Shown here piece after piece: positions 1-32,060 of a stretch of DNA of 64,000 nt (position 1 is its first letter; the number at the start of each line of letters is the position of its first letter). Location: positions 944,447 to 1,008,446 of the forward strand of contig JAQGDQ010000013.1 of the NCBI GenBank assembly GCA_030141605.1. Reading direction: 5' to 3'. The position numbers and the translations under genes were made by a program. The DNA comes from Tubiluchus corallicola (lineage: Eukaryota > Animalia > Priapulida). A model generated the notes under the pieces. It had not been told where the DNA came from, searched no databases, and saw only the letters and a program-made list of their open reading frames with translations.

Positions 1-2366
1 ATAAAAGGAATCCTTGCATTTTCTCACCTTACACAATGTGCACAAACCAGAGTGTTGCAAACTGGGGCTTCTTATTTGTTTTCACGTGACGTGTGTAGTT
101 GACTTAGTAATAGAGTAGTTAATGAATGTACTTGTCTATAAAAATAGTTTGCGAGTACGAAAATGGCAGACAGCAAAGAAAGCCATGAAGAAGTTTATAG
201 GCTATATTTCAGTGCTGCAATGTTTAAAAAATGTGACTAAAACACTAAAAAATGACCACAAAAGATTAATCATGATATTGAATTACAAGAACAAGATCGT
301 AATCAAACTAGAAAATTTCAAAATCGCCCATCACTAGTTCAATTTATAAATGAATGGTGATAAATTAATAAGATAGATGAAAACTTGTCCTCAAATAATA
401 TGTATCTTTTTCCAAACACAGATGATAAACTTTTACACTAGTCGTCAACTGACTGTGGAATTGCTTTCACTCATGGCTTTATTTTATTGCAACATGGCGT
501 TAGATTTTTGATGTGTTCACTAGTAATGTACAACTGCTAAAAGATGCGAACGGATAAAATTGTTTGAAATACGTCCAGTAAATTTCTACAGTATTTGGTG
601 GATACATAACTCATGAGACATCACTTCGACTAGGACTGTGGAGATGTATAATCTTATATTAATAGTCAAAACAATGGCTGTGAATTTTTTTTTGCTACCA
701 CATTAGTTTAAATCGTTTTGCAATATTTTAGTCTTGAGTCTTATATTTATTATAAAAACGAACTAAAACAAAAGCTAAAACTGTGAGATTAGTAAGAATA
801 TCTGAAGAATATAATTTCTGTAGACTATGTAGCCCAGTTGATGTATGAGCATGTTAAATATGAGCTACAGAAACACGGCTTTTTATAAACAATGTGGATG
901 GTAGGGGAAATGATTTAAACTAGGTAGGTAATTGGTATTGAAATAAAAATTACTTTTTATTTAGCTAAAAGGCAATCCATTATGAAGCTGGTTGCGTTTT
1001 GTATAATTTGAATACCTATAGGCTTCTTAAATAGTCAAGATTTTGCATGTAATTTGTGCTATGTAAACCAATAGCACCCACAGTGAAAAATTCCAAGCAA
1101 ATTATTTTTTGTTAGTATAAAGTTCTTGTATGCGTAGTGTACTTGCTTATGTACAAATAATGTTTGTTAAACATTTATAAAGTTGTATTTACATACATGT
1201 TGTGTTATTTGTACCCTCATGACAATAAATTCTTTTTGTAATGCATTGTCAAGTTGTTATGTAGTGCACATAAATTTCTTGGCAAAAAATGATTGGAAAC
1301 TCGTCAAATCTCACCAACTCTGTTTTGAGCTTCTATATCTAAACAGTAAAAAGCTGTGTTTAAAGTCAATCGTGCAATCTTATCTGAATCGGAATGTGTG
1401 AAAAATTATCGCCTTATATATGTCGACTTTTGTGTAATAAATTTGACTGCGAAGACACAGGCAACTGAATTAGGCTGAGACATCTCTTATGGAATTTCCG
1501 TGAAGGCCACCCAGGTTGAATCCGTATACAAGCCCCATCATTCGCTATAGTGCAAAAATCTGTAAGACCAAAGTAACCACAATCGCGGCTAGTTGGCTTC
1601 GGAGCAGGCTAGCCCGCTTATGCCAGGTGTCAAACAAATTTGCTTCATGCTGCGTTAGGCAACTGGAATATTCATTAGCATAGATTTGTGCTAATAATTT
1701 TGCTTCGCGTTACTTAAAATACTGCAAAACAGCCAAAACACGTTAAGTCACCAAGTTAGTGGTTTCAGTGATTAGGAGCTCAATGTATGTCTGACATAGA
1801 TTTCAGACCATGAATAAATGTGAACAGAAACTGGTAGTAATGAGCATTAATATTTTTCAAGTGCAACTTTGGGACCAAAAGAGCAAACATTTATAACAGG
1901 CCTCAAACAGGCAATTTGTTACAAATGATTGAGTTCCGCAATGTAGTGAAAACGAGCAAACTTAATTACTAACGCGAAAATATCCTGCATTAGTGCCTAC
2001 TGCGCATCTCTTATCTCTGCTACATAATGCAACAGCTCAGCAGATTGTCAGCTGTCACAACAGCTACATAGTGGTGGATATACGCCACCTATGTTATTAG
2101 TTAATTGGTTACAGGCTGGATTCAACCTGTATGCAGTATCTGTATCTCACCTTAAAAGTTTAATCTCACTACACCCACCTGTTATTAGCATGGGCTCTAA
2201 TTACAAGTCAATATTTTCACAAGCTTTGCTAATTTCTTTATGATACATTATACATAAAACATAAAAACTTGTCTGAATTAAATATTTTTTCATGTGAAAG
2301 TAATACACGAGCATGTGCGTTAATAACCTTTTGACAGTTCCAGCGATTGATGGTGATCATGAAAAG

Positions 2367-2480
2367 GGTGACCACTGGGAAAATTGCATGTGGGTGAGTA
2401 AATGTGTGTGTGACCACTGGAAAAATTGCATGTGGGTGAGTAAACGGATGGGTGACCACTGGGAAAAGTGCATCTGGGCA
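2367..2480. repeat. 42-bp minisatellite, ~2.7 copies
   Basis: Unit GGTGACCACTGGGAAAATTGCATGTGGGTGAGTAAATGTGTG; TGACCACT recurs at 2369, 2411 and 2453. Confidence 0.85.
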
Positions 2481-2998
2481 GATTCATCTCTCTTCCCCAT
2501 AGGTGTTTTTTGCCCTCTGGCTGTTTAACGTTAACGGAGAATGTACACATCGTGGCTAAGACTCTTCACCAGTTGGGAATATTATTTTAACGAATAATTC
2601 TTGACAATTTGTTAATTTGTTAATTTCCTGCCTTGCCATGAGCAACTGTATCAAGTAGCTTCTGCCATTATCTGCTGGATTTCGGCTTATACATACAGAT
2701 TGTCGAATAGTAAAAACTTCAAAGAAAAACCGCTTGTAAAATTAAATTTTAACTCTTCCATGAATCCCATTAACTAGAGGCTAACTAATGCACTTGGTCA
2801 GTTCTATGTCGGGTAGGTTTTGATACAGGTAGATAGAAAATAATTTCACCAGGCGGTTTTTGTAAAGCGAGTTTGCAAACAAGCAAAAATTGAAAATATT
2901 GCAAAGTAAATAAAATGGAAAAACTTCAAAGAAACACTGAACTCAATTCTTCACCTGCAAGTGCATTAGAAATTCACGTTATTTGCACTGATGATAAA

Positions 2999-3612
2999 TT
3001 ATAGGAAGACTGGATGATTCTTCATATACTACCCCATTTCCAAGTCCAAAAAAGTATACATTTTAACACGATTATTACTGCATAAGTATTTCTGATAACT
3101 AAATAATGGATTAAAATCTTAATTAACAGCGGGCAAGCCTAACTATTGATGACATCACAAACTAACATAATTTTCAACAGCAAAAATATTCTGCGAGCGT
3201 GTTGCATGTTTTTGTGAAAGCAAAAATTGAAGTACAGTGCTCCTGTAACATATTCAGTGTGTTGTACTATGTTTTAAGATAGAAATTCAATATTCAAATT
3301 TACTGCTGTCTGACACCTCAGCTGTCGAAAGTGTGCAGTTCATCAGAAACTAACACATCTGAACTGAGAGGCGCAGCACCAGTTTTTGTGTAAAACGTTT
3401 CCGAAATGCAGGCGCCAGTGCCAATCTAACCAGCGAAGGACAAAATGCATGTAACAGCGAAGGGCTAGTGGCACAAACGTGAAATCATGTTTGTGTCGTA
3501 ATAATTCTTTCACGTAAGTCATTTCTGAAGAAATGGTGTGGTTCCTTTTCAACATTATAAAGAGTAGACTGTTTTGACTTACAGCTTAAGATTGGGTCCA
3601 GTTTTACTTTAA
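2999..3612 (+). mobile_element. Non-autonomous Kolobok/T2-like MITE, family A copy 1
   Basis: Ends TTAT|AGGAAGACTGG ... CCAGTTTTACT|TTAA. Colinear with copies at 7830-8406, 26116-26741 and 46184-46789. Confidence 0.75.
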
Positions 3613-3698
3613 AAAAACTTGTTCCTAAGCAAATTTACTGCTAACCAAGATTTTGAATCCAAGATGTTTTTGTACACAACTCACCAGAGATGTCATTG

Positions 3699-6600
3699 TT
3701 ATTGCCACCAGAAGCTAACAGACAAGCTGACTTCCAGAGCGCGAATGTAATGCCAGTAATGTGGTGGTAAATATAACATTTCACCTTCCTGTAACAAGCA
3801 TTCTTCACACACGGCTTGTTTGAAGAGCGGAAATTTCTCAGTTGCAGGGTTTTCAGCGTCAACCTATAAAATGTCCAAGCTTTATTCAATTGTAATTGGC
3901 AAAAAAGACTACAAAAAATACTTCTTCACATAAATGAAATATTTTCAACAGTCAAGTTGCAATAAATTTTATTTGAATTGATTGCAAACCATGGCAAGGC
4001 TAGCAAAAAGATGCACAATCTCACACAAACATTTGAATGAAAACGAAAACTGAAGTAAGTAAAAGAATTGCAAGAGCAAATTGTGAAAAATCATAACAGT
4101 AATAGCAGGAAAAAACTAAGCATGACCTGAATAATTTTTTCCATTTACCATGAAAAATAATAGTTTACACGGGTACGAGAAAACTAATAACTATAACAAG
4201 GTACTAAACCAAGCAAAGAACATCCAAAGCAGAAGTTTCCAATAGGAGAAGAATTGAGAGTGTAAAGGATTACAGCAACAACAATAAGGCAAATGTGCTA
4301 ATGCAGTGGCTTCATTTGGCAGTAATAGTACAAGCATGTAAAATCACAAAGCAAAACAGCACACCTGAAGTTGCTGTATTGAGTTGATTAAATATTAACA
4401 CTGTTCTAGTATAAAATAAAAATCACAACAGAGCATATACTTACAAAACTATATATGTACCTGACTAGTATTAAACAATAGTTTATCTTCGTATGGATAA
4501 AGACAGTCAGTGTATTTTGTAGAGTAGAGCTTGATATATTTCGCTCCGCAAACCTATCACATAAAATAATTATGTTACCAAATTCATTTTATGAATTGTT
4601 AAAGTGCAAACAGCAATAAATTTAGGCAAATACAAATGAAGAAAGGAATAAGAAATTAGGGCTGCTCTCTGTAAAAAGCCAGAGAAAAATGCTATACTCT
4701 TCGTACAAGAGACTTCAATACTGCCATTTGAGCGATTATTATTCAGGCACAGTTTAAAATGCACAGTGTAAGGGGAGCTACAAAAATTTTTCGTACAAAA
4801 TACTACAAAAGAACCTTTCTGATGTTTTGATGCTAAAATATAAAGATCCAATATATTTAGCACTTGTTTTTGTAAAAAACAAACAATTAATATTTGACCC
4901 AATTTTTGAAACATTCTACTTGAAGTATAATAGCGCATTATAGCGCACTTTTAACTGTGCCGACATGTGGATGGTTTTGCTTTGTAAGCACGTACTTTAC
5001 CAGCTTTCACAAGCACAGTTAACAACTTATGTATTATTTCATATATTTATGTGTAGATACTTAGAAATGACTTTATATCATAGAATTAAGAAACATAACT
5101 TACTGATGCAGAAAAATTCATGCAAAGCCTTTTATTCAATTAAATTTATGAAAGAAAGACATACTTGGAGGGCATTGTGGGATTGCATGTTTTGTGTACA
5201 CGCATATACGGTGTATAAAACTCCACATTGTTTACCTGGGCAAGTAAGTTGTGCTTTGGATCTTGGTGAAGAGGTGATATCGTCCCTTTCGGGCCAAACC
5301 AAATGTTCAGGTCAGGTTCGGAGTCTTCTCCTAAACTACAGTAATCTGGAATTATGATGTCTTTTCTTAACTCAGGTATCTGCATGAGAACAAAATAGCT
5401 AATAGTTACTTATTGTTAGCAGTGAAAATGCAGCTAAATGAGAAAAAGTCTTTAAAACACTTTTACAATTTCTAAAGTGAGTTTAAGTTTTGTAAATGAA
5501 TAATCAGCAAACATACTTGATTAAAAAGTTGATGCTGAGCCAAGTAACCAATGTCAGCAGAGCTGCCCTCTATGTAATTATCGATGAAGTCATTTATCGT
5601 CATCAAACTCTGCGACCAAGATTCCTCTGTGTATCTACTTCCAATTTCTATCGGGACTGTACGTTTTCCAGCTATCTCACGCATGTACTGCAAACTATAA
5701 TACAATAGTTAGAATTTCATACACAAACTACAATGCGATATTTGAAAAAATTATAATAATTAGCCGATGCATCAGCTTCTCTGGTATTTTATTTTCAGTT
5801 CAGGACATCATATAAAACAAGTTTTTGTAACAAGTCAGTATTTAAGTTTTTTGATATATGTGTGCTTGCATAGCAAAATCGTCCATAAGTCGGCAATTAT
5901 AGTTATTCGCATATCCCGAATCTCCATTTCATGAGGATCATTTTGATACCAAGCTCAGTGCCCTATGTTATTTCTAAGCGGAGATGATCCACGTTGAAGT
6001 TAAGGTGCAGGCTACACACGAGACACATAATCTTGAGAAAATCACTGTTAAAGTTAGTCATTGTTTTTTGTCGCATTTCTACAAAACACTTAACGACCGC
6101 ACAAATGCTGGTAACTATGGACTTGGTAAGAGCAGATTGAAGTAAAGTTTAAATCTGGTAGATGGCTCTTTCTGATGAAGATCTGGGCTTAGCAACAGAA
6201 AAACTCGAAGCAAAATGACTGCTTCCATGAGTTACTACTGGTGTTTGAAAATACAAGTTTTTTTCTCAATTACAGTTTTACTTTTTAGACAGAGAAGTGA
6301 ATACAGGGTTACAAACTTAGATTTTTATTGTTTTTTAAACATTTTCTTGACAATTTAACTCTAGAACATTAAAGTCCAATATATTTAAAGTTTGTTTTTA
6401 TAAAAATTGACATTTGACCAAACTTTTGGTGCATTTTACTTAGAAGCATCACAACATAGTTTTAGCTACGCCGCTTTATGGACGATTTTGTTTGCAAGCA
6501 CACATAGCGCACGCAAAGAGGCATGGAAAATGGTGCTAGTCTTGTGATTTGAAAACCACGGTGAGGCTTCACTATTTGAGTTGTACCAGTCCTCCTTCCT

Positions 6601-9600
6601 GCATCGTTCATTTCCTTTTATTTATTGATGAACTCAATATGATCACTTAGTGTAATTTGCTAGGTACAGTGCAACTTAAAAAACAGGAGGTTCAGTAACC
6701 TTGGTTGTTAGATTTCGTAAATCCAGATGAATTTTCATGCAAATGTACGTGATTGTTCAAACATCTGAACAACGTGTCAACCGGCTAAAAATAAAGAGGA
6801 GATTATTCACAACAAAGTTTATTAGTGCTAATGACATTTCAGAGAAACCTCCGCTTCATTCATCCAAAACGTTATTAATACTAATAAATCTTGTGATTAA
6901 CCACCTCTTTATTATTTTTATGCTTAAAATTGATATATTTTCAAAACAAAGGGACAGAATAAAATAGATTCTGTTTTGTGAATGAAGCCAGTGGTGGCAC
7001 TCTCTATTGACTATTTTGTAGTAACATGCAGTGGAACGAGTTTTATTGAACGCTGATGGCAGGCGCCCTCTCTAGTGGTCAATTTTGGAGTAACATGCGA
7101 CGGAATACATTTGCTTTAACGCTAACTGTCTAGTTGCTTTTCATCTCATTTTCCAGTGTTTTCCCACGACTCAACTAGGGAGCCTAGAATGCTGCTTACG
7201 TTGTACAAGAGCGAAGCTGCATCAAGCCTTTATTTGTGTGTAAATGAGCGAGTCCTTGGGCATAAATTTGATTTGTCAATGAAATTTGGCTATGAAGTAA
7301 GCACTGTAATAAAATTAAGAACAAAGCGAAAACAGAACTGAGGCAAATGCATCCATTTCATATATCATAGGTATTGAACTCATAACCTCATTAAAATAAA
7401 CTTAATAAGATTATTGCAGGCAGTACCATTACTACAACCAAAACAGCACCATGAAACTAATACATGATGGTGTGAAAAGATGACGTAATTAAAAAAGTGA
7501 AAACACTTCATGTGCGGTATAGGAACGAATAAAAAAACTTCAAAACGGACCTCCATCGCCTTGTAGACATTGCAGGCCAGAACTCCATAGCACCAGTTAT
7601 AATCACAGGTTGGTCTTCTTGCATGTACTTGCAAAATCTTTCAATAGACGGGCAACTCACCCTTTCGACTTGATTGCGCAAATCAAATTGATGTGAGGTT
7701 TTCAATTTCTTGACCTAGAAATGTTAAACTGTAAAATATTGCGATAACGAATGTAGTAGATCAAATGTTGAACAATTTTTGTTTTATATTTTCAAACACG
7801 ACAACATTACTATATGTAGGCTAGTTTCTTTATAGGAAAACTTGACTCCATATTAAACTATAGCTCAAAACAATCTACACTCTAAAATATTGAAAGGGAA
7901 CAAACTCTTATTTCAAGAACGACGTACCTGAAAGAATTACTATAGAATGGTCATTTTGAATTCATGCTGCTAATTATTCTTTGTTACATGCATTTCATCA
8001 TTTGCTAGTTAGATGCAGAAGTACCTACATCACGGAAACGTGTTGCACAAAAAATAGGTGCAGGTGCTGCACCTCTCAGCTCAGAGGTGTTCAGTTGTGA
8101 CATAGATCATGCATGAGCAGAATGGTAAATTTGTAATTTAAATTTTAAACTTAAAATTTGTCGACTTTTGTATATCATTAAAACGTTTTGCTGTAGCACT
8201 GCATTTCAATTTTTGCTTTGTGCTGTAGAAAATTACTTTCAGTTGTGATATCATAATTAGTTGGACTCGTTTGCTGTTAATTAAGTGTTTAACCTATTAT
8301 TTAATTATCAGAAACGCTTTGATATTATTCTAGGTCTTAAAATGCATGCATTTTGCAATACTTCAGAAGAGGGTAGGAGAGGAAAAATCATTCTGTTTTC
8401 CTTTAGCTACAACAAGTAACTGTAAGTATATAATCACAAAGCTGAACTAACTGATTATGTCAAGGCCGAGGAAGGTGCAGTAGCAAAATAAGCACCATAT
8501 AAATATCAGTGTTAATTTGCATTAAGTGAATCAATGCACGTTAAAAAAATCTTGAAAAGCACAACAACCTCACCATTTAACAACGGCAAGCATCAGATAC
8601 TAAATGTCACATAAAGATTTAACAAGCACCTGTTGTGGTTTGTTATCATCATAGCCAGTGGAAGTGTTGCCAGCATCCTTAGATTCACATTGCATTTCTA
8701 TGTTTTGCACAGCCGTAGCCAAGCGAGACAATACGTTGTCTAGTACAGGAGCACCCATCAGTAAACCCATATCTATAGTTTTCAGAACCTAGGAAATATG
8801 ATTGTTAATTTTTAGCATAACTTAAACGTTTTTCGCATAACACACATATGTAACTCAGAAATACGTATTTACTGTATGTAGAAACTGGTTATTTGTTTTA
8901 CATCAAACAAAACTAAATCAATAGCAAATGGGCAAATAAAAAAAGAAACGGGCATACTGAAATAGAATTTACTAATAAATAAACTTCCTGACACATCACA
9001 AATCAACATGCACGCCTACACAAGAACACATATGCATGCACTTTATACAGTTGCAAAAAATCAATAATTAGGCATCACTGTAACACTACCAGAAACTATT
9101 AAGCTGACAAATAAATTACTGCAAAGCTCTGCATAAAAAATAAAGAAACATATGAACTTACAAACGTTTGAGGATCTGTAGGAAAAAACTTTAAGCCAGT
9201 TTTCAGAAATCAACAGAGACATACTGATTTACAACAGTGGCATACTGAAAATACAACTACCGGCCTCTATACCACTAAAACAGGATTTTTTCCAATTCAA
9301 AGGCTATCTAACCTCTCATACAAGAGCAGCCAAGCATGTTAAACAAACGCTACAGGTAATGCAAAAATTAATAATGACGCTCTAGATCTAGAATCAACAC
9401 ACCTGGCTTCACTGTACCCATGCTAGTCTGGGAGATAACACTGTACAACTGCCATTCGTTGTTTATATTAAACAACGCAAGAAAACTCGCAAGTGTGAAC
9501 ATGCTCTTAGAATAAGCATGTTTTGGAAGTTTTAATATTTTTAATGAAGCTTGTAACAGAATAAATATAAAACAATGTGTAGAAAAGCATTTAAACTAAA

Positions 9601-10719
9601 AATATATGTAAAATATAACACATGTGCACATTCACTGTTTAATTAACATAAATAAATGGATACCATTTACCTGATCAACTGCCACATGTTCAATGATCTG
9701 ACTAATAGCTTTGAGTAATGATGCATATGTATACAAGTATCTCCACACAATGTCAATATCTTTCCAATGCCCAGTGTTCAAATGTTCCCAGACAATATCT
9801 GTCAAAATATAATTAATTACAAAAAACTGCTCTTGAAAACAGTGAACCTGCTGGTTGCCAAAGAATTCGGCAAAGTAAAGAAGCAGAAAGAAGCAACTAC
9901 TATAACAAAAGTAAAATCATACCTGCATGTAATTTTAAAATAGAGCATTTCAGTAATAACCAAAAATCAATAAAATCACAATTCACAAGCTACTTTTAGA
10001 AAGACGTAAGCATTCTCCACTTGAAAACAAATTTGAATTCGTGTCTTTCGAATCAAACCAAACTTCAGCATTATTAAATCCGAAATGAATTCAAATTTAG
10101 TTTTAAAGATTTTTGAATCATTAATAAAAAAACAATCTCACATAGAACGTGTGTATTACTTGATTTTGTTCTGCAGCAAAAATACTGATAATTTGTTTAA
10201 AAATTGCGCACAGAAATCGCAATAAAATTGTGCTGGTCGCATGCTGTTTTAATGACAAGAAAGGTCTGTAAGTGAAGTGTTGAATTCTGAGAATCTATAA
10301 TTTTAGGTTCAAATCGAAGTCGAACTAAAAAATTAGTTTGAATCAAATTTTCGAGTGAAACTATTACTTTTAGAAAAGCATTACTTTGCAAAGAATTTTT
10401 GAATTGCTGAAGAAGTTGTAGCCACTGCAGAAAATGTGAGAATAGTTATTCAGCAGAGAATTTCTATAAAAGTGGAAAAATGTGATTAAATACATGCACC
10501 TGGTAACCACATAGTTTAACTTTACTTTAAATAAATACCTATAATATGCTGTGCCAATGACAAACCATTTGCATTGGTTCTTTTGTAAACAGCGTTGATG
10601 CAATTGTCTAGCAGAGACATCAATGGAGCTCCCAATACGTTTTTGTCTAAAAGCTGCTCATATTGCAAATCTTCAGGATTTGAAGGAATCATCCTTTTTA
10701 TGCCCTCCGGCAGCTCCAT
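3699..10719 (-). CDS. KDM8: JmjC-domain 2OG oxygenase KDM8/JMJD5 (arginyl hydroxylase/peptidase), 8 coding exons, ~403 aa
   Basis: Manually spliced exons, all GT-AG with consistent phases, total 1212 nt: 10719-10539, 9798-9671, 8788-8630, 7714-7551, 5694-5517, 5379-5236, 4553-4461, 3863-3699. JMJD5 hallmarks: [85 protein letters not shown] (HxD), [22 protein letters not shown]. The start ATG at 10719 is inferred. A probable non-coding upstream exon has its donor near 11359. Confidence 0.93.
5857..6506 (+). mobile_element. TA-flanked TIR MITE, family B copy 1
   Basis: TIRs TATGTGTGCTTGCATAGCAAAATCGTCCATAA / TTATGGACGATTTTGTTTGCAAGCACACATA. Second full copy at 63195-63860 and a degraded partial copy near 4780-4995. 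Confidence 0.8.
7830..8406 (-). mobile_element. Kolobok/T2-like MITE, family A copy 2 (inverted)
   Basis: Reverse-complement similarity to 26116-26741; starts TTATAGGAAAACTTG, ends TTCTGTTTTCCTTTAG. Confidence 0.7.
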
Positions 10720-11359
10720 CAAATCAGATGATATAATACCTGGTAGAGTATAATCTCTTATCGAGAACTAACGTTAAGTCAATTAATCATCATGCAGTTT
10801 TGCTGATCTAGAAGAAAAAATACACCATATCTCAAAAACATAATGCCATTTGAGTGACATTACATACATAAGGTACAATCTTTATGATCCAAATTGACTT
10901 CAGTTCTTTTTGCCATAGTAGGCAGGGGCAAATCAAGACTTTACGATGCCCTAGGCAGATAGTTTATTTTGCCATCTCTATTGTGAATTTATGGTTCTTT
11001 ATGTAATGAGTGGGTCAAACAATTACTTGTGCTGTATTACAAAGACAATTAATCAAATTTTTCCATGGTCATTATTAATTACATGTATTTGCATAACGCT
11101 TGTATTCAAGTAGGCTGCACAAATGCTTGTTGAGTAATACCTTACACCTGTTCGTAATGTGGCACTTATATAAAGCAGAGCTCAGTAACTGCCTGTGGTG
11201 TGTTATAAATGCGCCCTTTACATAAATATGAAAGTATACACATTTTACGAGGAGAATGAGAATTTTTTCTAAAATGTGACGCCCTCAAAAAAAGATTTAT
11301 TTAATTTGCCCCAATTGCCAATTTCCAACCGGTAGTAGTGTACTACAGTTACAACTCAC

Positions 11360-11737
11360 CTCTAAAATAAGGCCCGACGTCATCACCTTGACATCTTCTA
11401 CGACTTCTCTAAGGAGTTCAATACGAAGTTCTTTCTCTTAATAATGATGAAAGCTTTCAACATATCCGAGAAAAGCATAATGCGTCAGCTTTTTCAGTTA
11501 ACATCTGACGAGTTTAATCCACGCGGCGATATCACGCGATATCGTAACAATGGAAGAGATCTTCGCATTTTTTAGATGTCCATTCATTGGCACAAAGATA
11601 CCTGCCAATGCTGATTGCGAAAAGCAAAATTTTGTAGAGGCAAGATGTGACTTAGTGATGTAATGTTATTAAGGGAGCACGCAAGAAGTTGTTTAGAAAC
11701 TGGTCATCGTTTTATAATGAGTCTGGTAAATTGTTGA
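11360..11737. promoter_or_regulatory. Probable bidirectional promoter / 5' leaders of KDM8 and ELAC2
   Basis: Short gap between the KDM8 upstream exon (donor GAG|GTGAGT on the minus strand at 11359) and the ELAC2 ATG at 11738. Locally CpG-retaining, with tandem GCGATATC motifs at ~11526-11544. Confidence 0.55.
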
Positions 11738-30295
<18,558 letters not shown>

Positions 30296-32060
30296 CTTAT
30301 CAAAAAGTAAAAACTAATTATTTAAGCTACACGTCGATATAAATAACTTAATTTCCCACGAGTTTAGCATTAATGCCTAGAAACGTTAAATAGAATAAGA
30401 TGTTTGACATTTTGCAAGAATTATTGTTCTTTATTTTATCAGGGATTTTTTTATTATGATTAAGTAAAAGTCACAGTTGCGATTTACAATTATGACAAGT
30501 CTATTACGATTAAGTAAAAGTATATGACTACAAATCTGGAGATTTTATACACTCCAATTGATGCAAAAAATTAGATTAAACACCTGTCAGAAGGTCGCTA
30601 ACAGAAATTTGGCTGTATGCTGGTTAGACTGCCTTTTATACACAAGTAATGATTAAGTAATTGCAAGTGTAATAATGAAGCGGATTCAAGAACTAAGACA
30701 ATTTTTCGTGCAGTATTTTGCATTGTTAAATTTTCCCCAAGTCTGTAGTGCTGTGACTGTATTGTTTTACCATTAAAACAGGAATACGAATAAAAAATTT
30801 GCTTTTTTATGGTTTACATTTGTTTTATTCAATCCTTAAACAATCATAAGTATTACGGCTAACAATTTTGCCCAACAGTCTATGTATTTACTAATTTACA
30901 TAATATACAGTCCACTTGAGATTATAAATTCATACATTCTACAAAACAAACAGTGGATATCACGAAGAATAAATGCTAAACAGGAAAACCGAAAAACGTG
31001 CTAAAACACCTGCTGTTTTAATAACAACTTTAAAAACTTGTTCAGATATACAGATTGTAACAATTACTCATATAAACAGGCAGACAAAAATAACGTAGAA
31101 TCTGCTTTGTATAAAGCTGCAAGAAAATAATGCTGTAAGGGTATCGAGTTTAATTATCACTTAGTTTAGAGCAACAGAAATGCACAATGTAGCAAAAATT
31201 AAACTTAGCTTGAAATTAAATGTGTTTACTGCAATAAACTGGTGTCACTATGATTTTGTAAACCCTCTGTAATCACCTCCAAAAAAGGGACCCATATCCA
31301 TTTGCTCTGTCGGAAAAACCTTTCCTATAGTCTAATTAGTTAAAAATCCTACGTAAAGAGAAGACTAAGGAGAACTTTTTCCAGCAAAAAAAGAACAAAA
31401 AGCAAGAAAAAATAACTACTTTTTTTGGTTTTTGTAGTGACAAAATTAGTATACATTGATCTTCTGTCCTTTTTGCTCCTTTTTCTTTGCCTGAACAGTA
31501 AAGTTTGCAGCAGTGAATCATATTATCTTGGAATTTTTATCATTCTAATTCTTATTCTTAATCAGCGTTAAGTTTTCAACTATTCAGGACTTAAATTTTG
31601 CTAGATGTAAGCTGAAAAAACTATAAATCTTGGGAATTGGTCATAAAATGGACAACTGAGTTTCTAACATAAATATTTTGCACGTAAATTTAAGATAATA
31701 AATTAATAAAATGCAAGTCAAGACTTAAAACGTGAATCAGAGCACAACTGTTTTGTGCAGCTCGTATATACAAACATTAGGTTGCTATTCAAATAAATAC
31801 AATACAAATCTACCAGACGATGTTTACGCAAACACAACATGTCATCATAACTTTGGTAGTCAGTTTAATGGGAAATATATTAATACACTCTTGATATACA
31901 AAACAAATTCTAACTTAACTAAAAAACAATAATTTACAAAACGTATCATTTGGCAACATTTCTATCATCCACTACTAGTGAATGTTAAATATTTGACACT
32001 AAGATTCTTACACATTCAAATAACTTTAGGTACGTTTTTCAAAAATTATAAAAACATTTA

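Noticed and set aside
1511-2131. Possible MITE bounded by CAGGTTGAATCC inverted repeats
   Set aside because: Only a 12-bp inverted match, no clear TSD on the left and no second copy in the window.
11360-11383. Coding first exon for KDM8 (MTSGLILE)
   Set aside because: Its phase-0 donor joins the plausible downstream acceptors out of frame or into stop codons, so it is treated as 5' UTR.
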